From Callorhinchus milii (Eukaryota), in assembly GCF_018977255.1 (NCBI RefSeq), contig NW_024704742.1, positions 62,002,001-62,066,000 of the forward strand: a stretch of DNA of 64,000 bases. Direction: 5' to 3'. Below the pieces are notes generated by a model that worked only from the letters and a program-made list of their open reading frames with translations, had not been told where the DNA came from and made no database searches. This document shows, piece after piece, positions 1 through 13,044 of this stretch; positions within the stretch are counted from its first letter, which is position 1, and each line of letters begins with the position of its first letter. A program made the position numbers and the translations under genes.

Positions 1-137
1 CTGCTGTGCGTAATTGGTTGCCACGTTTCACCCACAAAATCTACAGTCAATTCACTTTACAGTATATTCTGTAAAGCACATTGAGACGTCTCGAAGATGT
101 GATAAGGCGCTATATCAAATGCAAGGGTTATTATTAG
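1..137 (+). mobile_element. 3' end of tRNA-derived Deu-domain SINE (family A)
   Basis: GCTGTGCGTAATTGGTTGCC core, CAGTCAATTCACTTTACAG and the GGCGCTATATCAAATGCAAG(G/A)TTATTATT tail match the full copies at 11929 and 32831. Confidence 0.9.
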
Positions 138-1888
138 TATCTTGTCAAAGAAAGTAGAAAAATACTTTATCTTAGAGAATGGACTGTGAATTTTGGATTG
201 AAAGTCAGTCCATGACAAAATGTTTCAGTATTCTTAGCCTGTTAGACTATTTTGAAATTCAAAATCCAATAGAATTATGAGAAATTATGAGGAGCAAAAT
301 ATTTCATTTTAAGTTTATTAGCCATAGTTTGAATTTGAACATCACGCTTCACAGTAAAAAAAGAACTGTAATAAACGCAGCAACATCAAACATAAAACAC
401 GGCAAAAAATGCTGTTCAAATGCGGTCAATTCATTTGTACAGTCATTATTTCCAATTCAAACAGTGCAGCATATTGTGGTGAAAGCATGTGAATGGGCAT
501 TCATCAAAATTAGTTGTCGTCTAATTTCTGTCTGGTAAATTGGTTGAAAGGCAAGAGACAAAGGTACAGTACTAGAGAAAAACACAATCTTCAATTTAAT
601 AGGAGCCATTACACTGAGAACAGTCAGGCAAGGGTCTAGGGTAAAGAAACAGGGGATTAATTGTCTGAACAATAATTGTCTGCTTTGCCTGGAAGCGACC
701 ATCAAATTGCACCTATCTTTAGAAGCAATGATTGCTGCGTTTAGCCAGCCTGTAAAAGATTCTTGCTTGTTTTAATACTCAGTGTTTCCGTCCTCCAACC
801 CGTTCCCCCCACCCCCTCCCCCTTACTCATTCATTTCCCTTAAATCAGGACATTGCAAGTCCATGTCATCGCACAAGGTTCAGCCTGAACAAAAATAACT
901 GCAATCCTCACACTACAATTCCTAATGATGCCCAGAAGGGAAAGGAAAGACCATGGAAGATTACTTAGGTTGAGATTCATGCTTCAATTTTATGTTAAAA
1001 ACTCAAAGTGAGTTTCTTTACATAAAACTCTGCTCATGTTTTTTTTAATCAGAATAAGAATCGTTGTCTTGAATGAACCATCGGCACTACAAACAGCACC
1101 CTCTCTCAGTCGGGCTATGAAAACTGCATTCCAAGCCACTTAGAGTTGAGAGCAAAGAATGCTGATTGACACCGAAACAATTTAAGTGCATGAGTCACAG
1201 AGGCGCAGCGGATCAAGCCGCCGAATGTGGGTCTAAGCGATGCCAACAATTAACTGCTCACTTTACAATCAACTTCTCATAGTCATCGGACTTTCTGCTA
1301 ACAACGACCCTCGGCAAAATTGGATCAACTAATACCAAGGTTCATTTAAGTCATTTTCACTGAGTGAAAGCGGCCCATCCACTGATAAATGATGATGAAT
1401 GTCTATTAGAAAAAGAATGCCCACTGTCACACTGTTAGTCCATGTCTCGTATCCCCGCAGGAATCAGCGTGAAGCACGCAACCTGAACATTAGACTGCTA
1501 ATAGCTGGTTTCAGGGAAGCAGGACAGGGCCAAGGATCTCGGGCCGCCCTGTGTTGAGTCATAGGTTTTTAAACAAGGCCCTATGTCAGAGCTATCAGTC
1601 CTGTGGTGCTGTTTTCCTGGCTCATGATAAGTCTGTCTCTATCTAATCGAGACCTAGCCCCATGATTTAACCTGACAACCACGACAATTGCTAGCCAAAA
1701 ACATCCTGAATATCTCTGTTGCAGAACAGATCGCTTATTCTTTTTGAAGGCAGTTCATGGAAGTAGCAAACCACTCAATGGAGGCACAATTGCTAATATT
1801 GTACATTAATTGCTTTCACTGTTATGCACTTACTGCATAGAAAAATACATTTGGATTATTTGAGGGTTAAGCTGAGGTTCAAAGTTGT

Positions 1889-2170
1889 CATAGTCTTAGT
1901 CTTTAGAGCGTTGCCTTAAAATGTAAGAATTTTGGAACATTCTTAAATCCAGTCTTAATTCAGAAGCTTTTTTTTTCCACAGCTCTTAAATGTAACTTTC
2001 AAGTAGATTTTTAGAAAATTCTAAAATCCTTAAATTCAGTCTTAATTTAGAAGTCATTTCTTAAAAAGAACTGTGAAAAACTGGCTTTTAAATTCGAAAG
2101 AATTGAATACTTTTCAAAATTCTGCACAATCTTAAATTATGAGAACAGTGGTCTTAAGGCTCAGACCATG
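1889..2170. mobile_element. Palindromic AT-rich MITE-like element
   Basis: Imperfect terminal inverted repeats CATAGTCTTAGTCTTTAGA / TCTTAAGGCTCAGACCATG (15/19). Internal motifs CTTAAATTCAGTCTTAA and AAAATTCTGCACAATCTTA recur at 7596, 21830 and 36262. Confidence 0.6.
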
Positions 2171-2744
2171 AGAATTACAGGCCCTGGATTGTTGAAATAC
2201 GCCATTTGTGCTTAAAAGATTTTGAAAAAACAAACCAGTAAAAGTGTGGATATTCCCCCTGAAACACCTTATCTTACTTATCAGTGAACCTAATGATTAT
2301 CATTCTTAATTACTTGTATTTGCACAAAAAGCCTACAGCCACTGTATCTTGTGACATTCCACCAAGGCAATGACTAGCAGTTAATGTTTTTGAGTCTGTA
2401 TAAATGTTTATAGCCTGGTTCTGATCTCTGCAGCCAGCAGTAATATAGGGGTCAAAATTGTAGTATTCCTAAACACATTCCAATTCTTAGTCAAAAAACA
2501 GTCTTGAAATGGGGTTGGAACCCTCCCCTCTCCCCACCTACTCTGCTCCTAACATATGAATTTGGGCAGCATACAAAGCTCACTGAAAATGCTAGGAGCC
2601 ACTACCTTGGATTGTCACTTCATGAGATCAGTGTTTTCCAAACAGAAGCAGATTTTCAGTTGTCCTTTTATAGGATCTTCAAACCCATATTAATACTTTA
2701 AGATGTGCAGATAGTAGAACAAGAAAAAATCGATTTAAAGTTGT

Positions 2745-2965
2745 AAAGGAAAATTTCCGGACCGATACCCAGATGTTTTTCTCTACTCAGAGAAACATTA
2801 ATGACTAGAGCAGGTTGTCAGCAAGGATGGTTGAGGCCAGGACACTGGACTCATTTAAAAAGAAACTTGATGTAGTGAAACTGTAGGGTAAGGAAGTGTT
2901 CCGAAAGGATCAGATCAGGTTGTCCAAATAGTCTTCATCCAAACCAATCTTGCGATCTTGTGAGT
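2745..2965 (+). mobile_element. Old CR1 LINE 3' fragment
   Basis: Resembles other CR1 3' remnants in the window (31330-31530, 50760-50975, 58240-58400), e.g. TGGTTGAGGCCAGGACACTGGACTCATTTAAAAAG. Confidence 0.6.
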
Positions 2966-3134
2966 TGAGTCATTGCACTGTAAAGCAACATTGTATTCAA
3001 TACATTTATGCAGCAAGGCTTAAATACAAGAAGCGAAATGGCATTAAAAGATGGCGCTGGCTGGATTCTCTGTGCTCACAAATGCATACAATCACTATAC
3101 TTTACAATATATCATGTGAAGCACATTGAAACAG

Positions 3135-3680
3135 CCTCCGTGACCAGCACTGCCTACCACCACCTCTGCAACATTGCCAGACTCCACCACTGCCTCACCC
3201 CTCAGACTGCTGAAATCCTCACCCACGCATTCATCACATCAAGGCTCGATTATGGGGACTCCCTTCTCATCGGCCTTCCCAACTCTTCCCTTCACAAGCT
3301 ACAGATCATCCAAAACTCTGCAGCTTGTGTACTCTCATGCAACAGGCTCCGTGACCCCATCACTCCCACCCTCGCCCGACTCCACTGGCTCCCCATCCCC
3401 CAGAGGATCGAGTTCAAGATCCTCGTCCTTACGTTTGATGGCCTTGCCCCCTCTTAACTCTCTGACCTGCTGTCCCCCTACCAACCTGCCCGCTCCCTCC
3501 GTTCAGCGGGGTCCGGCCTGCTCCATGTCTCCCACCCGACCAAGGTCCCTTCGCCTTGCTTCCTCCCTTGCCTCCTTCAATGCTGGTCTCAAGACCCTTC
3601 TCTTCGACCGTGCTTTTGGTTACCCTCCCACATCTCTGCCTTCCCTCATCCCTACACCACCCCATTTCGTCCCCACTTGC
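3135..3680 (+). mobile_element. L2 LINE ORF2 C-terminal fragment with internal deletions
   Basis: Translation AFITSRLDYGDSLLIGLP...[19 protein letters not shown]; closely similar to 42850-43440. Confidence 0.92.
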
Positions 3681-3829
3681 ATTGAATCTCTTTTTTCTAG
3701 CTTTGCTGACCTTTTGAACAACGCTCTGCTCTCACGTCCATCTCACAGATACGGAGATAATCCCATTAGTCTCTGCCAATCTGCAGAGCCCGATTGGTAT
3801 GAATGGTTCTGAGCCCACTGTGATCAGAC

Positions 3830-3918
3830 ACCACCACCACCAACAACGACAACAACAAGATTTCATTTATAGAACGCCTTTCACTTCGGGAGGACGTCCC
3901 AAGGCGCTAGACAGTTGG
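3830..3918 (-). mobile_element. Isolated L2 3' terminus
   Basis: (CAA)n run followed by GATTTCATTTATAGAACGCCTTTCACTTCGGGAGGACGTCCCAAGGCGCT matches the L2 ends at 29721 and 47635. Confidence 0.85.
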
Positions 3919-4374
3919 TTATTTTCAATCAATCATTCTCCCGCACCAAATGATTGGCTGGCTATTTTCAATCAGTCATTTTTAAAATATATATATACAA
4001 TATTTATTGACACAAACAGTAAGGTCTGAGTTATGATGTAAATAAAACATAAAAAGATAAAAAGAGCTACATCGCATATTCTACATCGCACCACGTTCTC
4101 TGCAAACATCGCCTGTTTCATCTCCTCTGTCCTATCAGCCCCACGATTTGCAGGCGAGCTTTTAGCCATTCTTCTCCCGCTGTCTGGAACTCCATCCCAG
4201 AGTCCTCCATCTCGCTCACTCCTTCCCCACGTTTGAAACTTGCCTCTACTTAGCTCTCTCCCCGTGCTCTCAGTAATCTTTCCCTTTCCCACCCTCTTTG
4301 GCTGCCACCCACCAACTCAAGTGCCTGGCTAGTTGTGTGTTTTGAGATGTTCTCCCAATGTGAAAGCCACTATA

Positions 4375-4556
4375 CAGGCAGACAGGACTTTGGTTTAATG
4401 CCACATGTGTAGGATGGCATCTCCAAAAATGCAGCTCACCACCAGCATTGCATTGGAGTGTCAGACTAGACTATATGAGTTACAAGTCTCGACATGGGTT
4501 GTGACCCACAACCTTCTGACTGATAGGTGAGAGTGCTACAAACTGAGTCAGCCTGT
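4375..4556 (-). mobile_element. Older Deu-domain SINE (family B), 5' half
   Basis: Reverse tRNA-like head (CCCACAACCTTCTGACT...AGAGTGCTACAAACTGAGTCA) plus body shared with 61860-62075. Confidence 0.7.
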
Positions 4557-5605
4557 CACACAGTATTGTAAAATACCAAAACAGGGTGCTACATCCACTG
4601 TCTATTCATGCATTCATCATACATTACATATTGCTCAATTGAACTGTTCTGCCAGAGGCATTTTTTTGAATGTTTACTATGTTCCAGCTAACTAGTTACC
4701 TTTGTTATCCACCTCACGTATATGAAAGAAGGCAGTTAAATATTTAGAGACAAACAACCACTAGTTACTTTTGCAACAACTGGTATTGTTGCTCTATTGC
4801 TCTTACAAGTAGACTGAAGATTGCTTGTGCAATGAAAAAAGCAGCCTAACTTTCTGTCTCTCATGCTACTCATCCTAAAGCTTTGTGAGAAGATGAAACT
4901 GTCTTGAGCCTCCAGTGACGAACCCATAGATCACCCCGCAGCTCCGCTTCTGAACTGTCAAACTGCCTGATAAGGTTTGACAGATTGGGAGAAACCTGGC
5001 TCCATCGTGACTCCAGCACTCAGTTCCCCAGTCCAGGGGAGGGGTTGTGGAACTTACAAAAGTCAGAGATTTCTCATGGATATCTATCTATGTTTTGTGT
5101 ATTTGCAAAGACACTAGGACCAACGTTAAATCTATACCTGTTCCTGGTTCACATTACCTTAGTTGAAACTGATGAAGCCAATTTTAAAGCTATTAGAGCA
5201 AGAAAAATAACAAAAAGTAAGCAATTGATTTTTGGTCAGCTGGGTGACACAGAGGGAACCCTCTTCACCATGCTTGAGAGTGTTCAAACCTCATATATGT
5301 GAGAGTTCCACATATGTATTAACAGATAAGTAAGCAGTTGATGCATTAAGATATGCAGGCAGTTTTACACACAATGCAAAAATGAGCTGTTTTTAGTGCA
5401 AAGTGAAATTGAATACAATCATTTCTCTGAGGAAATGAATCATTCAAGCCTGCTCATCTCACAGTGGGTTACTTTGCTCTTATCTGTACACTCATCAGAT
5501 AACATCCTTTTCAGCTATCGGGACAAAGGGTGCCTAAAGCAAAGGCTTTAGTAAAGTGAAAGGATGGTGCAAACATGCATTGTTTACATCGCCCTATTCC
5601 AACTT

Positions 5606-5650
5606 ATGATGACCATACCTCCCTGATTCCCGGGGACAGTCCCGGGATGA
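5606..5650 (+). mobile_element. Possible hAT-Blackjack/MER94-like terminus
   Basis: GATGACCATACCTCCCTGATTCCCGGGGACAGTCCCGG resembles, from memory, the MER94-type end TAGGGTGACCATACGTCCCGGTTTGCCCGGGACAGTCCCGG. No partner end found. Confidence 0.4.
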
Positions 5651-5921
5651 GGCATTATGTTCCTGGCCAAATTTTCCCTGTCTTGAATTCAGCAACAAGA
5701 CCACTAACATTCTAAAATAGATATGCTCATCAGAGAAACGCAGCCATTAATCCTACAAGTGTCTGCAGAGCTGCCAGCACGAGAAATTGTGGTGGGTTTA
5801 TTATTTTTATATGTGTCCCTGGATTTGTTTTACAAAATATCCTTAACCACACCAAGTAGTATTAATGCACCATTCCAGCACTTGCCATTTTATTTCAAAA
5901 ACAAACAAAATTCACATTGGA

Positions 5922-6135
5922 TTATAATAATAATCTTTATTTTTGATATAGTGACTTTCACATCAGGAGAATGTCTCAAGGCGCTTCACAGGATTTACTA
6001 TAAAGTGCGGTGACTATATTTTGTGGGTGAATACAGCTGCCAATTTCCACATTGCAATGTCCCACAACAAGCCATGAAGTGAATAATAAATTTCACCTGG
6101 GATTGTTGGCCAGGACACCAGGAAAAATTCAATTT
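5922..6135 (-). mobile_element. SINE family B 3' half
   Basis: (AAT)n tail, reverse stem-loop, CAGCTGCCAATTT core and TGGCCAGGACACCAGG. Confidence 0.75.
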
Positions 6136-7449
6136 TTCATAGAATGTTGTCTTAATGTTTGTAACACTCTTGTCATTTTCAGGAAAGATCTTTTGAGTAG
6201 AAACAAAAATGGATAGCTGATAGATGTAGCCAGTACCATGAATCAATGTGGCAACGCACCATAAAGAAATGTTTTCCAAGCAGAAAATTTCTTGCAAGGT
6301 AGGGATTCCTGTCAGTGAAGAGTTCATAAGAGTACTGAAGTCGCTCTAAACAGATCATGGATCATGTCACTGAACAGAGGATAAACAATGCTGAGCAGGG
6401 ATTTACTGACACATAACTCCCCTCCCTGACATGCTGTGGTTGGATAGCCTTGCAAACCCAAAGGGTGAAGTGCGCAATATTTATGAAAAAAAAGTATCGT
6501 TGTTTTGATACAATGTGACCCTTTGTGACCAGAGATCATGTGTCAGCAAAGGCGCTCTATAAATGTAATTTTGTTGTTTTGGGTGGAAGAATTTCAAGGA
6601 ACGACACTGCTATTTTTTGATCACCCATTGTGAATCTTTAGGGTAGTTTCATGGGATATGGCCTAAGTCAATCAGCATCATGTAAAGTAGCATTCAAAAG
6701 CTTGCTCCAGGGTCAGGAACAAGATTCAGGCTCAGTAAGCGAGGATCCAAGTTGATGGCGCTTAGGGTCTTTGAAATACATTTGCATATAAGCATTGTGC
6801 TGAAGTCAATGGAGTTTGTGAAATTCATACCTGCTCCCAGTTTACAGAAATAGATGGAAAAATGCAATATTTCATAATAGACACATTTGATGTGATAATT
6901 ACATTGTTAAAGACAATATAAGTAATATGGTAAATTAACTGTTATTATAATCCTTTCTTATTACACCATCAAAATGTCTCAAAGCACTTCGCAGGATCAC
7001 ATGTAGTGACTGTGTATTTGTAGGCAAACTTATGTTTTTGGACTCATGTTAAGGAGTGGGGGAATATGGTGAGTTGGGAATGGGGCAATGCAGGGAGTGG
7101 GGAATTGGGAAATTTGGGAAGGAAGGAATAGGGATTATAGAATTGTGGAATACCAGGAGCAGGAAAGCAGAAAACATCAATGCATTGAAGAGGAAACTTA
7201 ATGCATTTATGAAGAACGTTATGCAAAGGAAATGAGAAGAGGGGATTATGATGGGTGGAGGCTCATGGAGAATATATGCACTAGCACAGACTAGCAGAGC
7301 TGAATGGCCTGTTTGGTGCTGTAGTGCATGTGATTCTAATATAGTTCTTACAAGAAGTGCCAAGAGTGAAACTAACAACAACAAAATTATATTTGTATAG
7401 CGCCTTTCACATTGGGAGGATGTCCCAAGGAGCTGGAAAATTAACAGAG

Positions 7450-7580
7450 ATGGTCCCAGGTTCAATTTCTAGTGTGTATTGAGTTTATTTTTCTGAGACA
7501 GGTAATAGTAGACGAGTCACAATTGCCTGTAAACTTCACGGGAATAGCAAAGGGGAAAATCCACCAGGATGCATGCTCTA
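7450..7580 (+). mobile_element. AmnSINE2-like relic
   Basis: GGTCCCAGGTTCAAT...CACAATTGCCT...GGGGAAAATCCACCAGG is similar to 61140-61265 and to the reverse complement of 57470-57600. Confidence 0.45.
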
Positions 7581-7595
7581 AGGTCCTGAATGCAT

Positions 7596-7785
7596 CATAG
7601 TCTTACAATTATTGTCATGCATTTTAAAATTGATAGTGGTGTACAATTTTGAAAAAAAATCTTAAATTCAGTCTTAATTTGGAAGGCAGTTTGGAAGGTG
7701 ATTTCCAAAACAAAACTGAATCTATATATTCCAAAATTCTGCACAACCTTAAATACTATGACAGTGATCTTAAGGCTAAATCAGG
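7596..7785. mobile_element. Palindromic MITE-like element, second copy
   Basis: Begins CATAGTCTTA, contains CTTAAATTCAGTCTTAATTTGGAAG and CAAAATTCTGCACAACCTTAAAT, ends ACAGTGATCTTAAGGCTAAA, as in 1889-2170. Confidence 0.6.
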
Positions 7786-7804
7786 AGGTGTTGTTAACAG
7801 TGAT

Positions 7805-8030
7805 GAAGAGTGCAGAGTGGTAAGTCTGTGGAAAATGGAATTCAATACTGTAAAATGTGAAGTAATACATTTTGGGAAAAAGAATAGAGAATGGAAAAAT
7901 TCCTCGAAGTGGCATGATTCTCAATGGAATGGAGATCAGGAGACCCAAAGATAAAAGTACACAAATGCCCTAATTAAGAGTGGGATTGCAGTTAGAGAAG
8001 ACCAATGAAAGAGCAAACAGGACAGTGGGT
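7805..8030 (+). mobile_element. Old CR1 ORF2 fragment
   Basis: Translation WKMEFNTVKCEVIHFGKKN is a typical CR1 post-RT motif. Confidence 0.75.
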
Positions 8031-11000
8031 TAGCACGCTGTGGCTATAACATCAGTAATTTATTGATCAGTTTTCAATTTCAAAGAAAGTAAAAGTGTAC
8101 GGATCAGAAGAGAAATTATTATTATTAAATCAGTTTTCAATGCCAATTTTTAAGGTCCTCTTTTTTTAAAAACAGTAGTAAGACTCCACGGGAAAGCCCT
8201 GTGTCATCCATTGCTATTTGTTTCCTGTCCCTGCTGTGCTTATGTTATATCTTACCAAATTCTCAGCAGGGATAGAGGAAAAGCCTGGCCTATAAAATAT
8301 TTAAGTATGAAAACTTAATTTGATGCATCGCATTTTGAAAGGTCGGAAACACAGTCAGACAGTGGAAGATCTTGCTGTGTGTACCCCAGGGTACAGTGCT
8401 CTGTGATATATTACGAAGCATTCCGCGGAAATATTTGAGGTAATTGCTATGAGTGCTGTATATCCTGACCGTGTAGAACTTTTTTTTATTTACTTCCTTT
8501 CTTTCTGAACGTCACAGGCTTTGAATTACTAATGTTATCTGATTCTTGCCAGATTCCAATGAAATTTAAATAAGCTGTCATGAAAAATACCGCAGTTGAC
8601 AAATGACTTTGGGTCCACAGATCGCGATTAAATCAAAGTCAGCTGCGGCCAGAAAATATCACCAAGGAGAGAGGATTATCTTTCAAAAGTAAAAATAAAA
8701 GATACGCCGAATATTTACTTTCAAAATAACTGGATCGTTTTTCTAAGGTTTAAGCAATCGCTTTTATTTCTGCCTTTCCTATGAAACTTTTCTGTGTCCT
8801 ATCCAGGTCAAAAAAATAGTATTGACTACCTTGACCAGTTTTAGTTACAGTTAGAAATAGATAGTATCATAGTAGAGTTCCCACTGTTTAACAACGGGAT
8901 TCAATACTTCCAAATTTTGTACAAATCCAGGGTGCAAATATGCCCTCTTTGACCCCCGTTCACTGCATCTAGAAAATGTTTTTTTCTTCTTCTCTTGCTC
9001 TCTCAATGTCATTCTTTAACATTTCTTTACTCTACCTTCCCTACCTTTATTTCTGGAATTGGGTTCTGTCTGAAGATGAGGAAGAGTGGGCGCTTATGAT
9101 TTGTATCCATGATGCATGAAAAATCTTGCTGACTCAGCATGTGTGCATGTTTTGCAATGTCTTTCATCCTGAACTATCTCAGGAATTACTCTGCAATAAC
9201 TTAGAGATGTTACCTAACATCAGCATTAGTTTGTGCTACTGGCATATATTGGCAGTGGAAGTAATGTTTGTTTGAACCTAATTTGTTTTAAAGTTGGTTA
9301 TTCACACACTTTTGGAATAAAGGAAACACAATGTAACATAGTTTAAAAAAAACTTTGAATCTCAGTCCCTGTGAGTGAGAGAAAATGTATTCCCTCCAGC
9401 CTAGCCAACTTAGAGTCTGTCTTTTGTTAAGCAAAGCTAGAAGGAACATATAATTCCTTCTTGATGGAACACTTAGTACTGTGTATTGAGTTGCTCAAAA
9501 TATCTTCCAAGTTTCCATCTATTTTTGTTTGTTTTTTTTGCAATTAAAAATTGTTGGTAAATGTTTGTGCTCTTAAAACTTGGAATGTTGCTTTTGCTGA
9601 CAGTGGTTAATACAGCACTCAAACTCACACACACAAACTGCAAACAGCGCACGTTCTTGGCAGTGATACTATATGTTTACTTCCAATCACTGTCCGATGA
9701 TCTAACCTGAAGGCCTATGTATGATAAATGAAGACCTCAATGTTCAAGTCAAAATGTAGTTAGCATCTTTGCATCTTCTTACTTCCCTGATCGTGGTCTA
9801 TTGAGCTAGAACATTTTGTGTGTGAAGGGATTCCACATCCGAAATCAGTCAATAAGTAATGACTTTTTTGGACCCACCCAGTGTTTGGGGCAATGTGAGA
9901 ATTATCATATCACACATTACATGTTGCACCCCATAATTTTGAAAGTTAACTCACACTTGTTAATTGCATTTTGAGTGCTCCATTTATTTGCAAACAGCAA
10001 TCCTTGACTTCTAATAATAATCCTTGCATTTGATATAATATCTTATCAAGTCGATGATAAGATGCTTCAAAATGTTCACAGGATTTGTATAGTGACTGTA
10101 TTTGTAAGCAAATGAGATAGATAATTTGCACACAATAATATCCCACAAAGAGCCATGAAGTGAATGGAGTGATTTCATCTGGAGGACACTGGGAGAAACT
10201 CTTTTCACTGAGAATTTGCCCCAGTCTGCAGACAGAAATACCACATCCTCAGTTCAACCCTCAACACGTCATTCAGAGATGGAAAAACAGGAAGGTACTG
10301 ACAAGAATTCAGCTGAAATAGGTTTAGAGTCACAAGGGGGAATTTCAGGACAAGCATCAGGAACTTTTTTTTACCCAGAGGTTAATTAACAACTGGAACA
10401 GGTTGCAAGGAAAGATGGTTAAACTCCAGCAGTACCCCAACGCACACAATGGGGTCCCCCAGCCTAGCCAACTTGCGCCTAATACTCTCCAGAATTAGGT
10501 AAGCAGGATGCATCCCTCCAGGAACAAAGTCCTCATTCCATTCCAATAAATAACTGAGGAATGTCCATGTTTAGGTGGGATGCATAGTAATCTGTTTGGT
10601 TTGGATAATGTTAAGCACGGTGATGGTGATGCATGTGTCTGACCAAACATAGTTCCAGAGGAAAAGCCATAGAGGATAAACTTAGTGAGTACTGGGTAAT
10701 GATGCATATCTGTGACAATGTTATCCCAACATGCAATTCACTGTCTTTTTTTCACAGGATGTGTGGATTGCAGCTTTTATGTGCACAAATTGGCTGCCAC
10801 GTTCGCCTACAAAATACAGTCACCACATTTTACAGTATATCCTGTAAAGTGCTTTGTGACGACCTCCTGATGTGAAAAACGTTATATCAAACACAAAAAT
10901 TATCAACATTACTTATATTATTACTGAATTTCTTTCCTCTGGAAAATTGGTGTTGTGATCTGCCACTGTCAAGGGCACTGAGACACTATGCTGCATGATG

Positions 11001-11928
11001 GGCGCTATATAAATGTAAATTGTTGTTGTTCTCAAATCCTTAATCCCATCATGGATTGGTTGGACCGAATGGTCTGTTTCCATGCCGCATCACTGTATGT
11101 AAAATTCTCTATGTAAACCCGCTACAGAGCTTCAAGGATAAAAGCATCTTCAATAAAAGAGGGAGGAAGCAAGAATTGGAGAAAAAATATGGCAGGAGAA
11201 AAACACTTTTAAAATAAATTCTTCCACCAAATCTCTGCAATCTTAATCATTGTGTAATTTTATATTTGGCTGCAATACTGCTATCAGCTGCCAGCTCTAT
11301 TTTGTGGTCATTTTTATTTATTTATCTGCAGATCAATTGTACAATAAATAAGAAAAGCAACGGATTGTTTCCTAAACAATGATAAGGGATTCAGATTGAA
11401 TTGAAATATTTCCGGAAAGAAGTCTGACAGCCGTAAGTCTACTGTACTGAGCAGTTTCTTCCGACAACAAATATATCTGGTTTCTTTTATGAGGGCCCAA
11501 CTATGTTAATTTGCTTTTGTGGTTTGTTTGGAGTAAACAAACCTTTCACTGGATAAACAGAGAAATCCCTTTAACCAATTCCCTGATGGGAGTGGGTGCC
11601 TGATTGGCAGCTTTGTTTTGTGGAAAGAGGTTCAGTTTGGGCTCGGACTGTTTAGTCTAGTGCCTGGTATAGTGATGGAGTGTCTGCTGATAGCTAAATG
11701 GAGCTTGTAGTTAGAGAAGGCCCTGTATCATTTCTCTTCTGACAGAGCTGCACTTACATTTTCAACGTGGACCATTTTCACCTCATGGTTTGGCTGCGGC
11801 AGTTTTTATCCTGAAGCACTTGAAACAATATAAGTTTCAAGTGCTTCCAAATCTATGATCAGCTTTGTCATTAAACAAAATCGTAGCAAGTCGTGCATTT
11901 CAGAAATGGTTCACAAATTAACTTTTGT

Positions 11929-12258
11929 GGAGTCCTGTAGCTCAGTGGTTAGAGCACTCGCTTTGCAAGTGAGAGACCTGAGTTCAATTCCAGGCAGGTC
12001 AGGGCGAAACCTTGGGCAAGTTTCCTTACTCCACACGCCTAATAATAATCCCTCCAAAACCAAAAACAATAATAAATTGGTCATTTTCAATCTACGACTG
12101 TTTGTGGGACATTGCTGTGCGCAATTGGCTGCCGCGTTCGCCCACAAATATACAGTCAATTCACTTTACAGTATGTTCTGTAAAGCGCTTTGGGACATCC
12201 TCCCAACCTGAAAAGCGCTAAACCAAATGCAAGGATTATTATTATTATTATTATTATT
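11929..12258 (+). mobile_element. Full-length young SINE family A (short, internally deleted subfamily)
   Basis: tRNA-Ala-like head with A box TAGCTCAGTGG and B box GTTCAATTCC, Deu-like core GCTGTGCGCAATTGGCTGCCGCG, L2-like stem-loop and (ATT)n tail. Confidence 0.93.
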
Positions 12259-12689
12259 TCCTGGCTGCTGCACCTGATGTGCCAGAAAATAATTTTTCTG
12301 CATGTCCATTCTGTTTGTTGGTCATTGTTGTGGTCAAAATCAGCTGCCCCATTCACCTAACACCAATAACTTCCATTTATATAGCATTGAAGGGTAGCAT
12401 CCCAGAGCCTTTGACAGTGGCAGAGTGGTGGAACAAAATACCACAGTGCTTTCAGATGTCCTACTGATGCGCAAATCAAAGGCAAGCATTTTTTATTGTT
12501 ATTATTAAAATTAAATATCAATTGCCCCATTTTATAGCTGCTTGTGGGGCATTGCCACATGTAAAATTGGCTGCTTTGTTCGCCTGCAAAATACATAGTG
12601 ACTGCACTTTATAATGAATCCTGTGAAGCACTTTGAGACATCCTCCTGATGTGATGTTCATGTGAGAACATAAACCTTGAATGGTTCAC

Positions 12690-13044
12690 AATAATAATAG
12701 TAATAACCCTAGCATTTGATATAGCACCTTATCATGTTTTTGAGACATCTCAAAGTGCTTCACAGAATATACTGTAAAGCGGAGCAACTGTGTATTTTGT
12801 GGGTGAAACACGTCAGCCAATTGGGCTCAGCAGTTTCCCACAAACAGTCATGACCAAATTATTAGCTTTTTTTAAAAAAGATTATTACCCCCGGAAAGCG
12901 ATCTGCCAATTGACTAACAACTGGGTTCCTACTTACTGCTAGGTAAGCAGAAGCGTGTGGAGTAAGGAAACTTGCCTAAGGTTTCGCCCTGCCCAGGAAT
13001 CAAACCCAGGTCCTCTCGCTACAGGAAAATAAACCCACTGAGCT
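12690..13044 (-). mobile_element. SINE family A (long subfamily)
   Basis: Same head and tail as 11929 plus the ~70 bp middle segment (GATCTGCCAATTGACTAACAACTGGGTTCCTACTTACTGCTAGGTAA). Confidence 0.88.

Noticed and set aside
4955..4983. 9 bp hairpin CTGTCAAAC...GTTTGACAG
   Set aside because: Short enough to arise by chance in 64 kb.
7053..7160. G-run tract with G-quadruplex potential (also 46575-46602)
   Set aside because: Degenerate simple repeat next to or inside LINE remnants; no sign of function.
8390..8445. Possible 50-nt exon (CCCCAG|GGTACAGTG...TTGAG|GTAATT)
   Set aside because: Weak pyrimidine tract, no partner exons and no convincing protein similarity; RNA-seq would be needed.
11929..12000. 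tRNA gene
   Set aside because: A and B boxes are present but there is no proper acceptor stem, and it runs straight into a SINE body. The same holds for all other heads.
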